From Candidatus Poribacteria bacterium (lineage in GTDB: Bacteria; Poribacteria; WGA-4E; WGA-3G), in NCBI GenBank assembly GCA_964291315.2, contig OZ219750.1:576001-640000 (forward strand): 64,000 bases of DNA, read 5' to 3'. Shown here one piece after another: positions 58,459-64,000 of this stretch (position 1 is its first letter; the number at the start of each line of letters is the position of its first letter). Under the pieces are notes generated by a model that saw only the letters and a list, made by a program, of their open reading frames with translations, did no database searches and was not told the origin of the DNA. The translations under genes were made by a program, and so were the position numbers.

Positions 58459-59187
58459 TTAGAGCATTACCTGCATTTTTTCTACTAGCCACTCCACAGC
58501 GACATCAATCATCGCTTGTCCTTTTTCAACCGTTGCTAACTTGGCTTGGTGGTGATATTCCCTATCCTCTTTTGCTTGTTCTTCGTTAGAGATCGTAAGT
58601 TTTGCTCTGTCGTAATCTACACCGTTCCAATCAACATTTTCCGCAAAAGCAGCGAGCGCGAACGCTGTCTCGAATTCTGCTGCGTGCCCCGGACAAATGC
58701 CGGATTCCATCTGCACCTTGACCAATTTTTCAGTATAAGCTTCCCAGTAGGAGTGAAATACGATATTAATGCCGAGTTTCTCTCGGTAACCGCTTAACCG
58801 ATCGTTCACTGGCCCCGCGTTCCCCGCGTGCCCGTTGACAATCAAGATGTTGTCGATTCCATGTCGATGCACGCTATCAGCGACATCGTATAGCACCTCA
58901 CCGAAGACTTCTGGGCGGAGTGTCAAGGTACCCTTGTGGTCCATCCAGTGCTCGGATACACCGATCGCTAAGGGTGTCGTGACGACAACCTGTGGAAATA
59001 ACCTTTCGGCTACTAATTTAGAGACATGCACTGCACTTTGTGTATCATGATACATTGCCAAGTGCTCATTGTGTTGTTCTGTGCTGCCTGTTGGAATAAT
59101 CGCGCCCTTGAGTGTACCGGCATCAATCGCCTCTCGGATATACCGCCGTTGGTTTTCCCAAAGTAGCACGGATTTAATTTTGGACAT
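58459..59187 (-). CDS. Creatininase family amidohydrolase
   Basis: PTGSTEQH..HL...D, GVSEH, NGHAGN, GHAAEFET. Confidence 0.9.
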   Translation of the reverse strand: MSKIKSVLLWENQRRYIREAIDAGTLKGAIIPTGSTEQHNEHLAMYHDTQSAVHVSKLVAERLFPQVVVTTPLAIGVSEHWMDHKGTLTLRPEVFGEVLYDVADSVHRHGIDNILIVNGHAGNAGPVNDRLSGYREKLGINIVFHSYWEAYTEKLVKVQMESGICPGHAAEFETAFALAAFAENVDWNGVDYDRAKLTISNEEQAKEDREYHHQAKLATVEKGQAMIDVAVEWLVEKMQVML

Positions 59188-59272
59188 TGTTTAACTGACC
59201 TCCATATTTAGATGTGTAGGAGAAAAATAAATTTCTGGCCTCTACGTTACTCCTTTTTAAATTTTCGGCATG

Positions 59273-60301
59273 CTAAACGTTTTGATATTGTGCCAGTGTT
59301 CTTCGGATAACCTCGATTCCATCTTCCATGTACTCTCGATTCGGCGGAAGGTAGTCTTGCAGGCTTTCCCAGTCGTATTCGTTCTGTTTTGCGTTGTTGT
59401 GCCGAAAGAGAATCTTGGTGCCGTAATCTCGGATTTCATTAATTGTCCATTCGTAGATATAGAAGCCAAAAATATCCGCATATAGAGAGGCTTTCTCTTC
59501 GCTCTCGGTAAGATACCTTTCCAAAACCACCTCAAACCGTTCCCCCGTGAAGGCGACCAAATCTTTTTCGGGTGGACCTAAACACACACTATCCCAATCG
59601 ATTAAATGAAGTCGATTCTCGAGATCTAGGATGAGGTTGCCAGGGGTCGGATCGCCGTGTGTAATGACGAAAGGAATCTGTAATGCTGCTGCCGAGTGTC
59701 CAAGACTTTCGTATCTTTCGAGGGTCTGCAGAATCTCTGATTTGTGTTGTATGAGTAATTCAAGGAGCTGTTTCTGATATTGGTTCTGCGGTGTTGTTTT
59801 TTTCGAAGGTGCCTCAAGGACTGTGTGAAATTCATGTCGTAAAGGTAGATCGTATTTTGCTGATGTAAGATGATTGGATGCGATTGTATTTGAACAGCCA
59901 TGGATTGTTGCAAGTAAGGCTCCTGTTTCTGAAAGTTGGGTGTCCGTGAAATCTGCTCCGGCTTTCCACAGATCCCAGCGAGTTTTACCTTCAATGAACG
60001 GAAACAGCGAGACTTGGAAGTGTTGCCATGCCATAGTTTGTTGCCCGTCTTGTGTTTTCAAAGGTGCCACGATACCGGATATGTTGCATTGGTGCCGCAA
60101 GAGTGAGGCTACATGCAAGCGACTGCTTGGCACAGAAGTTGAGGCTTTGGCAAAATATTTTTCACCTGTTTCGGAAGCAATAATGTAACCGTAACTATCT
60201 TCACCCTCAGGAAGAAAGGTTATCGACTGCAACGGTAGCTTGTAGGCAGTAACGAGGTGTTTCAGTAATTCTCTTTTATCAAAAGCATTATCAACTTTCA
60301 T
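59273..60301 (-). CDS. Aminoglycoside phosphotransferase family kinase, APH(9)-like
   Basis: FLPEGED, THGDPTPGN, LIDWD, PPEKDL. Confidence 0.8.
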   Translation of the reverse strand: MKVDNAFDKRELLKHLVTAYKLPLQSITFLPEGEDSYGYIIASETGEKYFAKASTSVPSSRLHVASLLRHQCNISGIVAPLKTQDGQQTMAWQHFQVSLFPFIEGKTRWDLWKAGADFTDTQLSETGALLATIHGCSNTIASNHLTSAKYDLPLRHEFHTVLEAPSKKTTPQNQYQKQLLELLIQHKSEILQTLERYESLGHSAAALQIPFVITHGDPTPGNLILDLENRLHLIDWDSVCLGPPEKDLVAFTGERFEVVLERYLTESEEKASLYADIFGFYIYEWTINEIRDYGTKILFRHNNAKQNEYDWESLQDYLPPNREYMEDGIEVIRRTLAQYQNV

Positions 60302-60327
60302 AAAAAGCCCGTTAAGAATCGGAAAAT

Positions 60328-61098
60328 TTATCTGAATTTCTCAAAATAAGTATCAATCTCATCCCTTAATTCAAGACCTGCTTTCTCAAAGGCATCTAGC
60401 AGATCTGTGTAACTGCCTTCACCACCCAAAAAATCCCAGAGATTTTCTGCTATCAAAACTTCGTGGTTTAGGTCTAACATCCCTTTCATTGTCCATCGTT
60501 TATATTCTTTGGGTGCATAAGGGTTGTAGGGGATCCCGATCATTGTGTTTACAACAACACTGGGATCTCGGGCTAATTCAGCGGCACCCCATTCCAATAG
60601 TGTTCGTTTGAATTTCTCGAAATTTCCTTTGTTAGGTTTCACAGTTTTCAGATCGATTAAAAACAATTCATCTTCATGGTTTTCGATCCAGACATCTACT
60701 TGAGTCAATTTAACTGTTTCTAAGGTGCCAGTGCAGCAAACTTCTCTGATCTTTTCTATTTCTATAGATTTGTCGGGATCTCTATTAGCCGCCGTTAATT
60801 CATTCATTATAGTCTGAATTTGCTTGTGTGCTTCCGAGCTAATTTTGTTAAAGGGTTTAACTTGTGTTTCTACGACCTTAAACCTTTACCTCGCCAGGGC
60901 AATAGCCACTGGCTCATAAATCGATACACCAAATGTTGTATTCAAGGACTGGATAAATGAAAATAAAGCCATTCTATCCTTACCGAGCAAACGGTAGTGA
61001 AATGGCATTTTATCAGTTTCAGGCTTATAATACCGAAATTTAGTCCTTAGACACTTTTTAATTGTTTCTTTAATTGCTGTTTGTCGTTGTAAGGGCAT
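60328..61098 (-). pseudogene. TdeIII-like type II restriction endonuclease interrupted by an in-frame TAA at 60886-60888
   Basis: MPFHYRLLGKDRMALFSFIQSLNTTFG and VD...IDLKTVKPN are in one frame separated by a single stop. Confidence 0.8.
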
Positions 61099-61101
61099 CC
61101 G

Positions 61102-62676
61102 TCAATTCCTTTTTTCTTTCAAGTGAAATATCGTTTCGGAATATGCTGCTTCTCGATTTTTTTCAGTTCGGTTTAAGACGGGGCGTTTGTATTGGTTGAC
61201 AATGCACATCCCCGCTATTTCAGCGATAGTCGGATACATGTTAAACTTATCGTTTGCGACTACAAAGACATCGTAATCATCGGCCAAAAACCGCTTACAG
61301 TTTTTGAAAACTTCCGCTGTGCCGTGAATATATGTTTTTCTTGCTTCTCTTCCTTTTCCTCTAGATAAGGGACCAATTTCTAATTCATCTAGCCGTTTGA
61401 ATCCAAAGAGATCATAAGCGTAGGCATGTTGCTCGTGGTAGTTGATGAGGCCAACATACGGTGGGCTAGTAAAAATACCCTTAATCAGTTGTTTTTGGCA
61501 AGTTTCTGTGAATTGCGAATCTACCTGTTTTAGCGTAGCGAAGATGTCGATTGTCCGTGAATCACCGGTGATACAGTGTTGAAAGGTATCCGTTTTTAAT
61601 TTACTGAACTCAGACCATCGTGCTATGCTGTCTTTATTATATCGCTCCCACCATCTCAGGATTGAAAAGAGCGGTTTGCAAACTTTCCCATGTTTCCGAC
61701 AATAATAGGTCGTCGTTACAGGCTGCCGCAATGTACCTAAATCTGCGTGTGTTGTGGCTCTACAGGAACGGATGGTACGGCTTAAAATGAGCTTCAAAGC
61801 TTTTTGTGTTGACAGATCTTCCACTTTGCGAATTGCGTTGTGAACAAAATCGATCTCTGTCCTGACCCCGAGAAAATACCACGTTTTCATGAAACGATCG
61901 GTGTCACTAAGTATCTGTGTGTCAATTTGGTACTCGGCGACAAGTTTATGGTATGTTTCTAAAAAAATGGATTCTTTCTCAGCTCCATACTGCTTCTGAT
62001 CTATTTCACCCGATCTGACTTGGCGTTTGAAAGAGGCTGGAAAGTGTTGATTATTGAAATCTACAAGCATTTCTGAGAGTTTAGCTTCAAATTCGGTTAC
62101 CCCAGATGTAGCGACGAAATTTTTGAGCGATGCTGTGATTTTTTGGCTTTCTTCATACAGATGAGTCAAATTATATGTTCCGACTTTACCGTTGCTGATG
62201 AAGGCATTAAATGCTGAAACGTCAATGCCAATCGCGTGCATACCCAATTCGTTGGCTTGTACCAAGGTAGTCCCACTTCCGCAAAATGGGTCAAGCACAA
62301 TATCGCTCGGCTGAAAATAGACATCTCGCTTAAAACTGTCAGTATGCAAATCCAAGAAATAGGCTACCAGCTGTGGAATAAATTTGCCTTTATACGGATG
62401 TAACCGGTGAACGTGTTTTGTTGTTTCTGCCTCTTTAACCTTTTCAAAAGCCAATGTCCAATTTAAATCGTCTCCGAGCTGGTCCTTCCATCGCGTCTCT
62501 CTACAACTCAGGCTGTAGTAATCCACAAGACTTTGCATGGGAACTAACGTTACGCTATTGCTAACAACGGATTCAATCCTCCCATATTGGATTAAATAGG
62601 AGATATTTGACGATGTAACATTTTTGCTGAGATGTTCTGAAGCCCATTTGCTTGCTTGTTTAAGCGTCAAGAGCAT
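61102..62676 (-). CDS. Site-specific DNA methyltransferase (likely m4C, alpha motif order) with N-terminal HTH
   Basis: HPYKGKF, LDPFCGSGTT (motif I), TSPPY (motif IV); next to the REase. Confidence 0.9.
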   Translation of the reverse strand: MLLTLKQASKWASEHLSKNVTSSNISYLIQYGRIESVVSNSVTLVPMQSLVDYYSLSCRETRWKDQLGDDLNWTLAFEKVKEAETTKHVHRLHPYKGKFIPQLVAYFLDLHTDSFKRDVYFQPSDIVLDPFCGSGTTLVQANELGMHAIGIDVSAFNAFISNGKVGTYNLTHLYEESQKITASLKNFVATSGVTEFEAKLSEMLVDFNNQHFPASFKRQVRSGEIDQKQYGAEKESIFLETYHKLVAEYQIDTQILSDTDRFMKTWYFLGVRTEIDFVHNAIRKVEDLSTQKALKLILSRTIRSCRATTHADLGTLRQPVTTTYYCRKHGKVCKPLFSILRWWERYNKDSIARWSEFSKLKTDTFQHCITGDSRTIDIFATLKQVDSQFTETCQKQLIKGIFTSPPYVGLINYHEQHAYAYDLFGFKRLDELEIGPLSRGKGREARKTYIHGTAEVFKNCKRFLADDYDVFVVANDKFNMYPTIAEIAGMCIVNQYKRPVLNRTEKNREAAYSETIFHLKEKRN

Positions 62677-62772
62677 TTCTATATCTACCCCTCTATCATA
62701 TATTTTTTTATTAAAGAACCGTTTGTATTTGTAAAGTAGAGAAGAGCTGTCCACTTGACGTGGCAGAGCTTT

Positions 62773-63213
62773 TCAATCTGTTGCCGGGGAATCTACTTTC
62801 TTAAGAACTACTCTGCTTGGGCTCTCCAACTCTAGTGTTTTGGCGATATTCCCGCTATTAATCGCGATTTTAAAGCGTTTCGTGGTGGTCGAAAACCGGC
62901 CTAAATAGTCACCTACAGGAACATCTCCATAGTTTTCAACTAATTTTATCTGAATTTTCTGCCCGGTTGCAAAGGTTACTTTGAGCGTATCGCCAAGTTC
63001 CCAGCCACGCGTGATAAACGGTGCAATTACTAAGTCAGTCACAGCGTTACCGTGGTCGTCTATCTCGGTGATTGCCCCAATGAGCTGGGTCGATTGAGAG
63101 AACTCCGTCCCGCCCTTTGTGTGACTGCATCCAATAAGGAATATTGTTGTCATAAAAGGGCATATAAGTGCTAACTTCCAGTAATACAAACAAGATTGAT
63201 AGTAGTATCTCAC
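62773..63213 (-). CDS. Lipoprotein consisting of a SAM hydroxide adenosyltransferase (DUF62) C-terminal-like domain
   Basis: Lipobox LIGC; GAITEIDDHGNAVT, NYGDVPVG, IAINSGN. Confidence 0.6.
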   Translation of the reverse strand: MRYYYQSCLYYWKLALICPFMTTIFLIGCSHTKGGTEFSQSTQLIGAITEIDDHGNAVTDLVIAPFITRGWELGDTLKVTFATGQKIQIKLVENYGDVPVGDYLGRFSTTTKRFKIAINSGNIAKTLELESPSRVVLKKVDSPATD

Positions 63214-63249
63214 TACAATACCTCCATAGCGTTTTAGAAAACTCTCTTA

Positions 63250-63332
63250 AGTATAAGTGGAATGATAGGCAAGTGTCAAGCGGAAGTAACAAGACAATTC
63301 AATTTGACACATAAATAGATTTGTGGTACGCT
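63250..63332. promoter_or_regulatory. Divergent sigma70-type promoter pair
   Basis: Minus TTGACA-18-TATACT (63250-63279); plus TTGACA-17-TACGCT (63304-63332). Confidence 0.6.
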
Positions 63333-63446
63333 CTTCTTCGGTGTAAGTTTCTTCAGAGATGATAAATAATCAATACTAGCGGTGGTCAAAAGATCACTGA
63401 TTAGCAAAGTAGCCTCAATTACAAAATTGAGGTGTTGGAGATGAAT

Positions 63447-64000
63447 ATGTCGAGAAAAATAAATTGTTATGATAGATTTTCAAAACTTGTCTCTTTTGTG
63501 AAAACAGGGATTCTGTTATTGGGGATACTGTTGAGTTTTTCGAGTTGTGAAAAAATACAAATGTCGATGATACCAGATGCCATTGCCCCGGATGCGGAGC
63601 CGCTTACAGTGATGACCTATAACGTTTATGTCGGTAGCAGTGTAGATGCACTTTTGGCCGTAGAGAATGTATTGCAAGTGCCGACGGAAGTTGCTAACAT
63701 ATACAACAACGTCATAGCATCTGATTTCCCAGGGCGCGCTGCAGCGATCGCTGAATCTATAAAACTGTATCGTCCGCATCTCATCGGTTTGCAAGAGATT
63801 TCGCTAATTCGGCGACAGAGCCCGGGGGATCGCATTGCGGGCGGGACTGTTCCAGCTGAAGAAGTTGTCATAGATTTTCTCCAAGTCCTGATGGACGCTC
63901 TTCAATCAGAAGGTTTAAACTATCGGGTTGCTGCCCAGGTCCAAAACATTGATGTCGAAATGCCAATGTTCACTGATGCCGGGATAGTCGATGTCCGCTT
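63447..64000 (+). CDS. Endonuclease/exonuclease/phosphatase family lipoprotein, runs off the window
   Basis: Signal ending FSSC, LTVMTYNVYVG, PHLIGLQE; no stop before the edge. Confidence 0.8.
   Translation, partial: MSRKINCYDRFSKLVSFVKTGILLLGILLSFSSCEKIQMSMIPDAIAPDAEPLTVMTYNVYVGSSVDALLAVENVLQVPTEVANIYNNVIASDFPGRAAAIAESIKLYRPHLIGLQEISLIRRQSPGDRIAGGTVPAEEVVIDFLQVLMDALQSEGLNYRVAAQVQNIDVEMPMFTDAGIVDVR

Noticed and set aside
60886-60888. Programmed readthrough or recoding in the REase
   Set aside because: Stop is TAA, not TGA/TAG; other genes use all three stops normally; nonsense mutation is simpler
441-63871. Numerous 60-170 aa overlapping or antisense ORFs in the track
   Set aside because: They overlap well-supported genes and lack RBS or motifs
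1-64000. tRNA, rRNA, tmRNA, RNase P RNA, CRISPR array
   Set aside because: No cloverleaf, rRNA signature, tmRNA ends, GAGGAAAGUCC motif or spaced direct-repeat array found by eye

Overview
Bacterial chromosomal segment. Gene content (PhyH dioxygenase, sulfatases, many TPR proteins, a LamG protein ending in a VEPxxKxxTTWGxLK tail, FlgD/T9SS-like CTD protein) suggests Candidatus Poribacteria; this is inference. It carries housekeeping blocks (hemH-hemY, nadD-yacG-yqeK-rsfS, waaF-like, thiI, rnhC, nagB, pyrR-pyrC-carA-carB with a PyrR attenuator but no pyrB), a type II R-M locus with a nonsense-interrupted endonuclease, and several gene remnants. Best candidates for new biology: (1) a promoter- and terminator-bounded operon encoding a ~1990-aa Ig-rich surface protein with a T9SS-like C-terminal domain, a PorV-like outer-membrane barrel and a LysM coiled-coil protein, preceded by a ~450-nt structured leader; (2) a ~390-nt multi-hairpin candidate ncRNA just upstream; (3) an unannotated 54-aa lasso/RRE-type RiPP precursor in front of an ABC exporter, with no maturases nearby; (4) short palindromic repeat elements inserted in-frame in pyrC and carB. 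No rRNA, tRNA or CRISPR array was seen. All family assignments come from motif recognition by eye, not database searches.
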